DNA of 64,000 bases from Candidatus Altiarchaeota archaeon (lineage in GTDB: Archaea > Altiarchaeota > Altiarchaeia > IMC4 > SCGC-AAA252-I15), in assembly GCA_043800255.1 (NCBI GenBank), contig JAZDNF010000009.1, positions 1 to 64,000 on the forward strand, written 5' to 3'. The position numbers and the translations under genes are program-made. Shown piece after piece: positions 18,160-27,495 of the stretch. The notes below the pieces were generated by a model that made no database searches, had not been told where the DNA came from, and saw only the letters and a program-made list of their open reading frames with translations. Each line of letters opens with the position of its first letter. Position 1 is the first letter of the stretch.

Positions 18160-18864
18160 ATGGAAAGAGTGGAGTCGGGAATCGAAGGCCTTGACAAGAT
18201 GCTGGACGGAGGGTTCCTGAAAGGCAGACCATACATCATAACAGGCGGCCCAGGCGCGGGGAAAACGGTGCTGTGCATGCAGTTTCTGATGGCTGGCGCT
18301 AAAAAGAAGGAGAAAGGCATTTACATCGCGCTGGAGGAGCAGGCTGCCGAGCTCAGGGAGGACATGGCCCAGTTCGGCTGGGACCTTCACAATATCAAGA
18401 TTGTTGACACCGTGCAGGAGATATCGTCAGGCGTGTGGGCGCTGAAAACAGACAGCGTCATCTCAAGGCCGGAACTCAACATATCGAACATAGCCAAGAT
18501 GATAGAGAACAAGATAGAGAACTACTCCGCTTCACGGGTTGTGATAGACTCTGTCACGACCATCAGGATGCTCGCATCGAACAGCAGTTCGGTCAGAAGC
18601 GACATACTCTCCCTGATAAACTTCCTCAAAAAGAAGGACTGCACTACCCTGCTGACGCTGGAGACTGAGGACGCCAACAGAGTGCTGATGGAGGAGTTCC
18701 TCGTCTCGGGCGTGATAAAACTTCATAACATACAAAAGGACGGGGAGTACGTCAGCGCGTTGAGCATAGAAAAGTTCAGGGGCTCATCATTCGACAAGCA
18801 CCTCAGGCCCTTTAAGATAACATCCAGTGGGATGAAAGTCTTCTCAGACCAGACTCTTATCTGA
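18160..18864 (+). CDS. KaiC/RAD55-like ATPase
   Basis: SGIEGLD, GGPGAGKT, EEFLVSG, KFRG. Confidence 0.88.
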   Translation: MERVESGIEGLDKMLDGGFLKGRPYIITGGPGAGKTVLCMQFLMAGAKKKEKGIYIALEEQAAELREDMAQFGWDLHNIKIVDTVQEISSGVWALKTDSVISRPELNISNIAKMIENKIENYSASRVVIDSVTTIRMLASNSSSVRSDILSLINFLKKKDCTTLLTLETEDANRVLMEEFLVSGVIKLHNIQKDGEYVSALSIEKFRGSSFDKHLRPFKITSSGMKVFSDQTLI

Positions 18865-19251
18865 TTACTCTGCTTCAGCCACAGGAGGGCCTGCATGGGC
18901 TATCCGCATACCGTTTGGCACAACAAGTATCTTCTCATCGGATATCTTGCCCAGGTCGCCGTCGATTTCTATGCAGGCGTCCCTCAGCTCGTGCACTATG
19001 TCCTTAAGGAGAACCCGGTTATGCATGAGAGCGCTGACGTTCAGGACAACGATGTTGTTCTTCTCCAGCTCGGCTATGACCTGGCCTATGCCCTTGCCTT
19101 CAGCCGTGAGGGCGACAGGCTTGACGTAAGTGACGCCCTCAGTCTCGATTATCTTACCCTCACGTATGGTAAGCTCGTTAAGATAATCCTCGATATCAAT
19201 CTCGCCTCTAATGCTTTCCTTTCCTCCCCCGAATAACCTCTTGAATGGCAT
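18865..19251 (-). CDS. sepF: Cell division protein SepF
   Basis: NIVVLNV, IDGDLGKI, KILVVP pattern of archaeal SepF. Confidence 0.75.
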   Translation of the reverse strand: MPFKRLFGGGKESIRGEIDIEDYLNELTIREGKIIETEGVTYVKPVALTAEGKGIGQVIAELEKNNIVVLNVSALMHNRVLLKDIVHELRDACIEIDGDLGKISDEKILVVPNGMRIAHAGPPVAEAE

Positions 19252-19347
19252 TTTTAATCCCCCAATATCAATCTAACAATTTGCTTAAACAAGTATAAAT
19301 ATATGCTAATGTAAGTTCTTATTCCAAAAACCGGTGGTTGGTCTGCT

Positions 19348-20613
19348 ATGATTAAGAGTTTGTTCGAAGAGGAGCTGGCTGATAGGGCCATATTCAAGGA
19401 TTTGAAGGTTCTTTCGCCCCATTACATCCCAGACAACCTGCCGCACAGGAAGCAGGAGAGCAAGCAGATCATCAGGATACTGGCCCCGATCCTGAGAAAC
19501 GAGAAGCCCAACAACGTATTCATCTACGGCAAAACGGGGACAGGAAAGACGTCTGTGGTGAGGCACGTCATACGCGAGCTTGAGAGCATCGTCGCAGACC
19601 CGGCGAGGAACAAGAACAATTCAAAGGTAGCCTCGGTGTACATGAACTGCGGCCTCGGTTACAAGTCGAAATACCAGGTTCTGATAAAGATACTGGAGGA
19701 TGAGAAGCTTAACGCGGAAGGCCTTAAGGATGCGCCATTATCCGACAGGGGTAACAAGGGCCGCCTTATGGGCCAGACGCCGGCTGAACTGTACGAGCGG
19801 CTGAAGAAGCTGGTGGAGGCCAACAGCCTGAGCCTGATACTCGTCCTCGATGAGATAGACCTCATCAGGCAGGTTGACAGTCTGCTCTACCTTCTTACGA
19901 GGATAAACGACGACATAAAGGCAGGCAACGTCAGCACCATAGGCATCTCGAACAAGTACACGTTCAAGGATTACCTGGATTCTAGAAGCAAGAGCACGTT
20001 GTGCGAGGAGGAGCTGGTGTTCAGACCCTACAACGCCAACCAGCTTAAGACAATCCTGGCGCACAGGGTGAAGCTCGGCTTCAGGAGCGGGAGCATCTCG
20101 AAATCGAACATCGCCCTGATAGGGGCCTACGGCGCCCAGACCAACGGCGACGCAAGATACGCCTTAAAACTGTTGCAGAAGGCCGGCGAAATAGCGCAGA
20201 ACGCCGGCAGGAAGAGGATAAGGACTGACGACGTGAAAGATGCTAAAGTCAAGGTGGAGGAGGACATAATCTACGAGCTCATCTCAACCCTCCCAGACCA
20301 CCAGCAGATAGTCCTTTACACCATAGCCGAGACCGTTGTGAGGGGGGGACAGTACAAGAGGCTTTCGAACACGCCGAACGACATACTCTCTTCCGGCGAA
20401 GTCTACGAGTCCTATGAGAAAATCTGCAAGCAGATGGAAGTCAAGTGCAGGACCATGCGATGGTTCAGGGAGTACTTGAACGAGCTGGAGATGCTGGGCC
20501 TGATAACACTGACAATCTCAGGTAAGGGAATAAGAGGCAACACAACACTCATACGATTGGGCAGCCAGCCTGAGGAGGTCAAGAGCATAGTCGCCCAGAG
20601 CCTGGGATTCTAG
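19348..20613 (+). CDS. cdc6: Orc1/Cdc6 replication initiator
   Basis: LPHR, GKTGTGKT, VLDEID, GDAR, C-terminal wHTH (ELEMLGLI...GIRG). Confidence 0.92.
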   Translation: MIKSLFEEELADRAIFKDLKVLSPHYIPDNLPHRKQESKQIIRILAPILRNEKPNNVFIYGKTGTGKTSVVRHVIRELESIVADPARNKNNSKVASVYMNCGLGYKSKYQVLIKILEDEKLNAEGLKDAPLSDRGNKGRLMGQTPAELYERLKKLVEANSLSLILVLDEIDLIRQVDSLLYLLTRINDDIKAGNVSTIGISNKYTFKDYLDSRSKSTLCEEELVFRPYNANQLKTILAHRVKLGFRSGSISKSNIALIGAYGAQTNGDARYALKLLQKAGEIAQNAGRKRIRTDDVKDAKVKVEEDIIYELISTLPDHQQIVLYTIAETVVRGGQYKRLSNTPNDILSSGEVYESYEKICKQMEVKCRTMRWFREYLNELEMLGLITLTISGKGIRGNTTLIRLGSQPEEVKSIVAQSLGF

Positions 20614-20618
20614 CAGGA

Positions 20619-21386
20619 TCAGACTATTCCCTTCTTTATCGCTGAAGCCACTTTAAGGCCTTTTCCTGTGAACTCCAAGGTCATCGGCTTGAGGGAGTGC
20701 TTCGTCAGGCGCATCTTCCTTATCCTGATGGTCCTCGTGTCCAACGCCTCGTTGGCCTTAAGGATTATGACCCCATCGGTCACGTACTCTTCGATTTCAT
20801 ACTTTGAGATGCCGTCATCCTCAACGGTCTCAGATATCATAATGGCCGTGAGCCCGTGGTTCTTGAGCTCATAGTTCATGTTCACGAGCAGCTTCCTCAG
20901 GTTGAACTTGTCCTGCATGAGCACGTCTATCGCCGGCAGGCTGTCTATGATAACCCTCTTAGCGCCTATCTTCTTCGCAGTCTCGCATGTGATCTTGGTT
21001 ATCTTCTCCAGATCGAACTCGCCTGGCAGCAGGGAGAAGCTCTTCTTCGGCGTTATCGGCACGTCAACGACGAAGTCCTTCAAACCTACCTTTGACAGGC
21101 TCGTGTCTATTATTATGATCTTGCCGCTCTCTTCCAGCTTAGTCAGGTCAAGACCGTATGCGAGCATGTCATTTTTTATCTCGGACGCGGACTGCTCAAG
21201 AGTCAGGAGAACGCCCGGCTCGTTGTACTTTTCAGCCCCGTTCACGAGAAATTGAACCGCTAATGTCGTCTTGCCTGTTCCGCAGCCTCCTGTGAGCAGT
21301 ATGCACCTGCCGCGGGGGAATCCTCCGCCAACAAGCTCGTCTAAGCCTTCTATCCCTGTCTGACATCTTTCAACGGATTGCGCCAT
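20619..21386 (-). CDS. KaiC/RAD55-like ATPase
   Basis: TGIEGLD, GGCGTGKT, IIDS, EEYVTDG, KMR. Confidence 0.88.
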   Translation of the reverse strand: MAQSVERCQTGIEGLDELVGGGFPRGRCILLTGGCGTGKTTLAVQFLVNGAEKYNEPGVLLTLEQSASEIKNDMLAYGLDLTKLEESGKIIIIDTSLSKVGLKDFVVDVPITPKKSFSLLPGEFDLEKITKITCETAKKIGAKRVIIDSLPAIDVLMQDKFNLRKLLVNMNYELKNHGLTAIMISETVEDDGISKYEIEEYVTDGVIILKANEALDTRTIRIRKMRLTKHSLKPMTLEFTGKGLKVASAIKKGIV

Positions 21387-21461
21387 ATTGTAACACCATA
21401 ATACATTAGATTAGACCTTAAAAATATTCGAATTGCGGGAAAATGCATGTCCGGGACGCTA

Positions 21462-21533
21462 TGTAAACAACCGCTGGTCTCTGACCGGCGGTTGTTACAC
21501 GCATATCCCACCGGTCAAAGACCGGTGGAATAT
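21462..21533. repeat. Two adjacent inverted repeats with a shared GGTC-N3-GACC core
   Basis: aacaaccgctggtc-tct-gaccggcggttgtt (21466-21496) and atatcccaccggtc-aaa-gaccggtggaatat (21503-21533). Confidence 0.8.
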
Positions 21534-21570
21534 CGCGTTTAAATATGCTGGATTCTAATATTAAGGAATC

Positions 21571-21924
21571 ATGTATCACGGCAAAAAAAACGAGCACAGG
21601 AAAAAGAGAAAGTACGAGGTAGGCAGGGAGTTCATAGAGCCTGAGATCGGAGAGAAGGCTATAAAGACCGTCAAGACAAAGGGCGGTGGGACGAAGGTTA
21701 AACTCTTGAGCGCGAAATTCGCGAACGTGCTGGCCAACGGGAAGAACATCAGGTGCGAGGTAATCAGCGTGACCCAGAACCCGGCTAACAAGGATTACAC
21801 CAGAAGGAACATCATAACGAAGGGCGCGATACTGAATGTGAAGACTCCCGACGGCAGGGACATCAAGGCCAAGGTAACGTCGCGTCCAGGCAACGACGGC
21901 GTACTCAACGCTATCTCGATCTAA
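21571..21924 (+). CDS. rps8e: 30S ribosomal protein S8e
   Basis: KKRKYEVGRE, NPANKDYTRRNIITKGA, VTSRPG. Confidence 0.93.
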   Translation: MYHGKKNEHRKKRKYEVGREFIEPEIGEKAIKTVKTKGGGTKVKLLSAKFANVLANGKNIRCEVISVTQNPANKDYTRRNIITKGAILNVKTPDGRDIKAKVTSRPGNDGVLNAISI

Positions 21925-21937
21925 ACTGGTTTTTAGG

Positions 21938-23815
21938 ATGACGATAGACAAAAAGGACCTGCTTATTGAGAAGTGCACAGATGATGGTTTCGAACGGCTT
22001 AAGAACCTCAGGAATCCGAAGCTGATCGAGTTTGTCGCGGAATACGTGGGGCACTGCAGCCCTGATTCCGTCTACGTCTGCTCTGACACTGAAGAGGACT
22101 TTGATTGCGTCAGGAGACAGGCCCTTGAGAATGGCGAGGAGGTGAAACTGGCTTTGGAGGGGTGCACAGCCCACTTCGACGGCTACCATGACCAGGCCAG
22201 GGACACGAAGAACACCAAGATACTTATCCCAAAAGGGACTGAGATAAAAGGCATCAACACGATGCCGAGGGAGGACGGCCTCCCCGAGGTCACGGGAATA
22301 CTGAAGGACATCATGAAAGGCAGGCAGATGTATGTGATGTTCCTGTGCCTGGGGCCGAGGGATTCCGAGTTCTCGATACCATGCGTGCAGCTCACAGATT
22401 CTGCGTATGTAGCCCATAACGAGATTCTCCTGTTCAGGCCAGGCTATGACCAGTTCATGAAGCTGAAAAACAAGGATAACTTCTTCAGGTTCGTGCACAG
22501 CGCCGGCGAGTTGGATGAGAGGAAAACGTGCAAGAACATCGACAAACGCAGGGTTTATATCGACCTCGAGGGCGGCACAGTCTACAGCACGAACACACAG
22601 TACGGCGGCAACAGCATAGGCTTGAAGAAGCTTGCCATGCGCCTCGCGATAAAGAAGGCTTCCACGGAGGGCTGGCTCACTGAGCACATGTTCGTCATGG
22701 GAGTCCACGGCCCGAAGGACAGGGTCACATATTTCACCGGAGCCTATCCGAGCATGTGCGGGAAGACGGCGACCGCGATGATGCCTGGCGAAACCATAGT
22801 CGGGGATGACATAGCCTACCTCATAGCAATCAACGGGAAAGTGCGGGCGGTCAACGTCGAGAAGGGGCTTTTCGGAATAATAAAGGACGTGAACTCAAAG
22901 GACGACCCATTGATCTATGAGGCCCTGACGTCTCCAGCTGAGACGATATTCTCCAACGTCCTCATAGACGAGAGCAATAACCCCTACTGGATTGGCAGGG
23001 ACGGTAAGGTTCCTAATCGAGGTGTGAACCATTCTGGAGAGTGGTTCCCAGGGAAGAAGGACGAAAAGGGCAGCGAGATTACGCCATCGCATAAGAACGC
23101 GAGATTCACCATCGCGATAGAAAGCCTGAAAAACGCCGACCCCGCAGTCCACGACCCAAAAGGCGTCGAAATCGGCGGCATCATATACGGAGGCAGGGAT
23201 TCTGACACAACTGTCCCAGTAGAGCAGTCTTTCGATTGGAGTCATGGTATACTGACGAAGGGCGCGACACTGGAGTCTGAAACGACTGCCGCAACTTTGG
23301 GCCAGGAAGGCGTCAGAAAGTTCAACCTCATGTCCAACATCGAGTTCGTTTCCATCCCGCTGGGCAGGTACATTCAGGACAACCTTGACCTTGGTTCAAA
23401 GGCGGAGAAGCCGCCGCTGGTCTTCTCTGTGAACTATTTCCTGAAGGGTAAGGACGGGAAGTTCCTGAACAGCAAGGAGGATAAGCGGGTTTGGTTGAAG
23501 TGGATGGAATTGAGAGTGCATGGCGAAGTCGGCGCCCTCAAGACACCTACAGGCCATAGCCCAAAGTACGATGACCTTAAGCGGTTGTTCAAGGAAGTCC
23601 TGAAGAGGGATTACAGCAAGCAAGACTACGAGGAACAGTTCAAGTTCAGAACCCTGGAGCATCTGGCCAAGATCGACAGGATAGAAGTCATCTACAAGCA
23701 GAAGATAGACGACACTCCCAAGGCACTGTTCAAAGCACTGGACGAACAACGCAAAAGGATAGAAGCTGCCAGAGAAAAATACGGAGACTACATACTGCCG
23801 GAAAAATTCGCCTGA
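21938..23815 (+). CDS. pckG: Phosphoenolpyruvate carboxykinase (GTP)
   Basis: YGGNS, WLTEHM, YPSMCGKT, VGDDIA, HKNARF. Confidence 0.92.
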   Translation: MTIDKKDLLIEKCTDDGFERLKNLRNPKLIEFVAEYVGHCSPDSVYVCSDTEEDFDCVRRQALENGEEVKLALEGCTAHFDGYHDQARDTKNTKILIPKGTEIKGINTMPREDGLPEVTGILKDIMKGRQMYVMFLCLGPRDSEFSIPCVQLTDSAYVAHNEILLFRPGYDQFMKLKNKDNFFRFVHSAGELDERKTCKNIDKRRVYIDLEGGTVYSTNTQYGGNSIGLKKLAMRLAIKKASTEGWLTEHMFVMGVHGPKDRVTYFTGAYPSMCGKTATAMMPGETIVGDDIAYLIAINGKVRAVNVEKGLFGIIKDVNSKDDPLIYEALTSPAETIFSNVLIDESNNPYWIGRDGKVPNRGVNHSGEWFPGKKDEKGSEITPSHKNARFTIAIESLKNADPAVHDPKGVEIGGIIYGGRDSDTTVPVEQSFDWSHGILTKGATLESETTAATLGQEGVRKFNLMSNIEFVSIPLGRYIQDNLDLGSKAEKPPLVFSVNYFLKGKDGKFLNSKEDKRVWLKWMELRVHGEVGALKTPTGHSPKYDDLKRLFKEVLKRDYSKQDYEEQFKFRTLEHLAKIDRIEVIYKQKIDDTPKALFKALDEQRKRIEAAREKYGDYILPEKFA

Positions 23816-23844
23816 GATTTAATGCCGTATTCCCTGTTTATTAC

Positions 23845-24648
23845 ATGGTTCTGAAATCCGTGAGAGGTAAACCGGGTATCCCAGAGGGCGATGATTTCTC
23901 AAAGATTGAGACTAAGAAGGTTAACACCGCGTTTGCAGATGCTGTGAATGCTGTGATGGAGTCGCCTCAAGCTTCCGTGGAAAAAGATTATCTCAGCGAG
24001 TTCGTAAGATACGCTGTCACGAGGTTCCAAAACTCTGAACATGGCGAGTTTTCAGTTCATTTCGGCGCGGGACACAGTAGTATCCCGGTAATCGACGCCG
24101 TGTGCGGTAAAAGGACATACATTTTCGAAAATGACATGGACGTCAGCCATTCTGTTGCCAGTTGGAAGCGTATCATGGATAGTAGGATAGACGCCAGCGG
24201 CGGGTGCCTGTGGCTCACCCACATGGACAGGTTCTTCGAAAAATATCCTGAAGTTGATCACGTGACAGTCAGGAACGTTTTCAATTACATCCCGCCTTCG
24301 AGAACCGGGTCGAGCTTCGATGGTTATGCTGCCCTGCTTGAGGACATGATGTCAGACCCGTATTACCGGGGAGATGCTGTCAAAGACTGCAATACCCTGT
24401 TAGACCATCTGAAAGATGGGGGCACGATTCTAGTCGACACCGCGACATGGGGTAAAGGACAGTTCTCTCAGACAGAATTTGAGAATGAAACTCTGGAGGA
24501 GTTCAAGAAAAAAGAGTTTGAGCTGACAGGCGACAAGGTGCTGATACAGGCCGCGAAGAGGAGGGATATCAAACTGACGGAATTGGACGAGTTTACCCTA
24601 CCCTCAAACTACAACCAACGGGCTAAACTCTTCAGAATACAGAAATAG
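23845..24648 (+). CDS. Hypothetical protein, possible degenerate class I SAM-methyltransferase fold
   Basis: VHFGAG motif-I-like, RNVFNY, HLKDGGTILV. Confidence 0.45.
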   Translation: MVLKSVRGKPGIPEGDDFSKIETKKVNTAFADAVNAVMESPQASVEKDYLSEFVRYAVTRFQNSEHGEFSVHFGAGHSSIPVIDAVCGKRTYIFENDMDVSHSVASWKRIMDSRIDASGGCLWLTHMDRFFEKYPEVDHVTVRNVFNYIPPSRTGSSFDGYAALLEDMMSDPYYRGDAVKDCNTLLDHLKDGGTILVDTATWGKGQFSQTEFENETLEEFKKKEFELTGDKVLIQAAKRRDIKLTELDEFTLPSNYNQRAKLFRIQK

Positions 24649-24792
24649 ATACCACTCGCAGACTGGTTTTATCAACTTAATTACTGTGAGGTATTTTACT
24701 TCCAATCACTCGCACCTAGACTGGCAGAGGTTACTGTTTGGATTTAAGGGAACGTTGTGAATAGGTATAGGGAACGTAGGGTGTAGGCAACT

Positions 24793-25602
24793 ATGGATGA
24801 TGTTCTTGTCTCTGTTTTGTTGGGTGTTGTGGAGGGTTTGACCGAGTTTCTGCCTGTTTCCTCAACCGGTCATCTGATTCTTGTTAACAATTTTCTCGGT
24901 TTCACAGGCGAGTTCGCCAATACCTTTGATATAATCATACAGCTTGGCGCCATCCTTTCGGTAGTCGTGTACTTCAGGAAAAAGCTTCTTCCGTTCGGAA
25001 AAGACAAATCGGCAGATGAGAGGAAAGAGGCGCTGATTTTATGGAAAAAAACGCTGGTAGGAGTAATTCCTGCAATATTTGTCGGAGCGGCCTTAGGCAA
25101 ACAGATTGAGGAACTGCTCTTCAATCCCGTCACCGTAGCAAGTGCCTTACTGATCGGAGGGCTCGCTTTGATACTGATCGAGAGAAAGAAGAGGATAGCG
25201 CATATCGATTCAGTCTCCTCGCTAACCTATAAAACGGCATTCATGATCGGAGTGATCCAGTGCCTGGCAATGGTCCCAGGCACGTCAAGGTCTGCGGCAA
25301 CTATTATCGGGGCGATGCTCTTAGGAGCATCAAGATTGGTTGCTGCTGAATTCTCCTTCTATCTGGCGATACCCACCATAACGGCGGCATCAGCATACTC
25401 CCTGTTGAAAACAGGGATGACACTAAGCAGCAAGGAGATGCTGCTGTTGGCTATCGGATTCACTGTCTCGTTCTTAGTCGCATGGGCCGTTATTGCCGGC
25501 TTCATGGGTTACATAACAAAGAAGGATTTCAAAGCCTTCGGATACTATAGGATAGCACTGGGGCTTGCAGTTCTGGCGTATTTTGGAATATTAGGAGTAT
25601 AG
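24793..25602 (+). CDS. uppP: Undecaprenyl-diphosphate phosphatase (BacA/UppP)
   Basis: GVVEGLTEFLPVSSTGH, PGTSRS, AEFSF. Confidence 0.92.
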   Translation: MDDVLVSVLLGVVEGLTEFLPVSSTGHLILVNNFLGFTGEFANTFDIIIQLGAILSVVVYFRKKLLPFGKDKSADERKEALILWKKTLVGVIPAIFVGAALGKQIEELLFNPVTVASALLIGGLALILIERKKRIAHIDSVSSLTYKTAFMIGVIQCLAMVPGTSRSAATIIGAMLLGASRLVAAEFSFYLAIPTITAASAYSLLKTGMTLSSKEMLLLAIGFTVSFLVAWAVIAGFMGYITKKDFKAFGYYRIALGLAVLAYFGILGV

Positions 25603-25618
25603 TTACTCAAAAAGTGGT

Positions 25619-26575
25619 TCATCCTCGTTGTATTATGAGAGCCACGTATGCAGCATACAGCAGCAGGAAGGTTATTCCCTCCTTCCGGTCAATCTTGTGT
25701 TGGGTGATGCTGAACACCAGCAGCAGTATTGTCGTTATTAACAGAACCGTAAAGTCGAAGTTAATCCCAGCTGGAACAGCCAGGGGAGATACCAGCGCAC
25801 TCACCCCCAGTATGAGGAATATGTTGAAAATATTCGAACCGACGATGTTGCCAACAGACAAGTCCATCTCCTTTTTGACGGCAGCGACCACGGACGTGGC
25901 CAGCTCCGGCAGAGACGTGCCCCCTGCGACGATGGTTGACGCTATCAATAATTCGCTCACGCCGAGCTGACGTGCTATGGCAACCGCCCCGTCAACCGTG
26001 AGCATGCCCCCAAAAAACAGGGCGACCAGTCCGCCAACTATCAGGGAAAGGATTTTCAGTTTGGAATGCCCGCCAGCCTCTGGGATTGTTTTGCTGACAT
26101 CATGCCCCTCATTCACCAATCTGCGCATGTGGTTAAGGTATGCGACAAAGAATAGCGTCAGGATTATCCCGTCCGTCCTGGACAGCATGCTGCTCCCCCC
26201 GCCATAGAAGGACTGCTCGTTAGACGCTGCAAACAGGACAATCACCGCAAGCAACGCGAATGGAATCTCCTTCCGCACTATTGAACTCCGAATCTCCAGC
26301 GGCATTATCGTCGCCGCAGCGCCGAGGATGAGAAGTATGTTGAAAATGTTGCTCCCCAGTATATTGCCGTAGGCGACGTCAGCCTTACCCTGAAACGATG
26401 CGAACAGGTTAACGATCAACTCAGGCATCGACGTCCCGAAGGCAACTATCGTCAGACCGACCACAAGAGGCGGGACTCCAGCCCGCCTGGCAAGGGAAGA
26501 GGAACCCCCAACCAGATAATCAGCACCCTTATACAGCAGGGCAAGCCCGAAAACAACCGAGAGATACTCATTCAT
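25619..26575 (-). CDS. Ca2+/Na+ antiporter (YrbG/NCX family)
   Basis: Two alpha repeats GTSMPE...GSNIFN and GTSLPE...GSNIFN. Confidence 0.9.
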   Translation of the reverse strand: MNEYLSVVFGLALLYKGADYLVGGSSSLARRAGVPPLVVGLTIVAFGTSMPELIVNLFASFQGKADVAYGNILGSNIFNILLILGAAATIMPLEIRSSIVRKEIPFALLAVIVLFAASNEQSFYGGGSSMLSRTDGIILTLFFVAYLNHMRRLVNEGHDVSKTIPEAGGHSKLKILSLIVGGLVALFFGGMLTVDGAVAIARQLGVSELLIASTIVAGGTSLPELATSVVAAVKKEMDLSVGNIVGSNIFNIFLILGVSALVSPLAVPAGINFDFTVLLITTILLLVFSITQHKIDRKEGITFLLLYAAYVALIIQRG

Positions 26576-26599
26576 GGCGTTATACTTTCAGCCGGCAGG

Positions 26600-27385
26600 T
26601 CATTCGCAGACCGGCTTTATCTTGTCTTTCAGCTTTGTCTCCAGGTTTTCGTTCATTGTTTCGATTACGTTGCTAACAACGTTTTCAGCGTCTGTTTTCA
26701 GCTTCTGATTCTGCTTGAAGAACTCGTTATCTTCTTTGGTGTCATAGAGTGCCCCATGGGTTGAGTAGGTGAATCCATAAGGCGCGAGTATGCAACCAAG
26801 CTGCTGGAAGTATATGAAGATGTCCATGGCGGTCTTCAGCGCGCCATCCTCATGGCCGTTGATGAGGATTCCCACAACTTTTCCGACAGTCAGGCTCTTC
26901 TTTCCCAATAGGACCTGGTTCTGTATGCATGTCAGCCTGTCAAGGAAGACCTTCAGCTTGGAGGTCATGTTATTCCAGTTTATGGGAGACGTGATGATTA
27001 CCGCCTTCGAGTCTACTACCATCTTGTGAAGGGCTGACGCGTCGTCCAACTGGTTCCTGCAGGGGTAGGTGCATGCTGAATTTCTCATTGTGTAGCAGCA
27101 CCAGCAGTGCTGTACGTTCAACTCCGAGAGGTTGAACCTCCTGTAGCTGACCTTGCTCTTCTTGAGGGCGTCTTCTGCTGTGTCAGCCAGCAGTGAAGTG
27201 TTATGCGCCCTGTGGGCGCTGCCATTCACCAATAGGACGTCGAACTTCTTGCCATCGTAGGACAGTCTCTTCCTCTCCGTTTTCTCTGAGAATTCTCCCG
27301 GCCCGCTGCTGCACCTGGGGCACTCTTCGGGCGGCTTTGCGCCCGAAAACTCGTAACCGCAGACGCTGCAGACCCACAATGCCAT
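26600..27385 (-). CDS. Rubredoxin-like domain fused to flavodoxin-fold (iron-sulfur flavoprotein/FMN reductase-like) domain
   Basis: WVCSVCGY...CPRC N-terminus; NGS...NT, CWCC...CTYPC, SPINW, LKVFLDR. Confidence 0.75.
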   Translation of the reverse strand: MALWVCSVCGYEFSGAKPPEECPRCSSGPGEFSEKTERKRLSYDGKKFDVLLVNGSAHRAHNTSLLADTAEDALKKSKVSYRRFNLSELNVQHCWCCYTMRNSACTYPCRNQLDDASALHKMVVDSKAVIITSPINWNNMTSKLKVFLDRLTCIQNQVLLGKKSLTVGKVVGILINGHEDGALKTAMDIFIYFQQLGCILAPYGFTYSTHGALYDTKEDNEFFKQNQKLKTDAENVVSNVIETMNENLETKLKDKIKPVCE

Positions 27386-27495
27386 TTTATGATTTGGATA
27401 ACATATTACATGTCTTCCTTAAAGTTCAGGGGGCATTCAATCCAAATGCCTTATTAGGAGGTAAGACTATAGGTTAAAATCCGATTAGAGTACAA

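Noticed and set aside
19252-19347. Canonical oriC with ORB elements beside cdc6
   Set aside because: The spacer is only 96 bp with no TCCAnTGGAAAC/G-string match
21387-21570. SRP RNA or RNase P RNA
   Set aside because: Too short and lacking the conserved helix-8 or P4 motifs
21571-21620. Short N-terminus of Rps8e as a sign of pseudogenisation
   Set aside because: The rest of the protein is intact; likely lineage variation
24653-24726. CACTCGCA...GACTGG direct repeat, with a reverse copy near 52061
   Set aside because: Matches are only 8-9 bp with no transposase or clear target duplication; cannot be separated from chance
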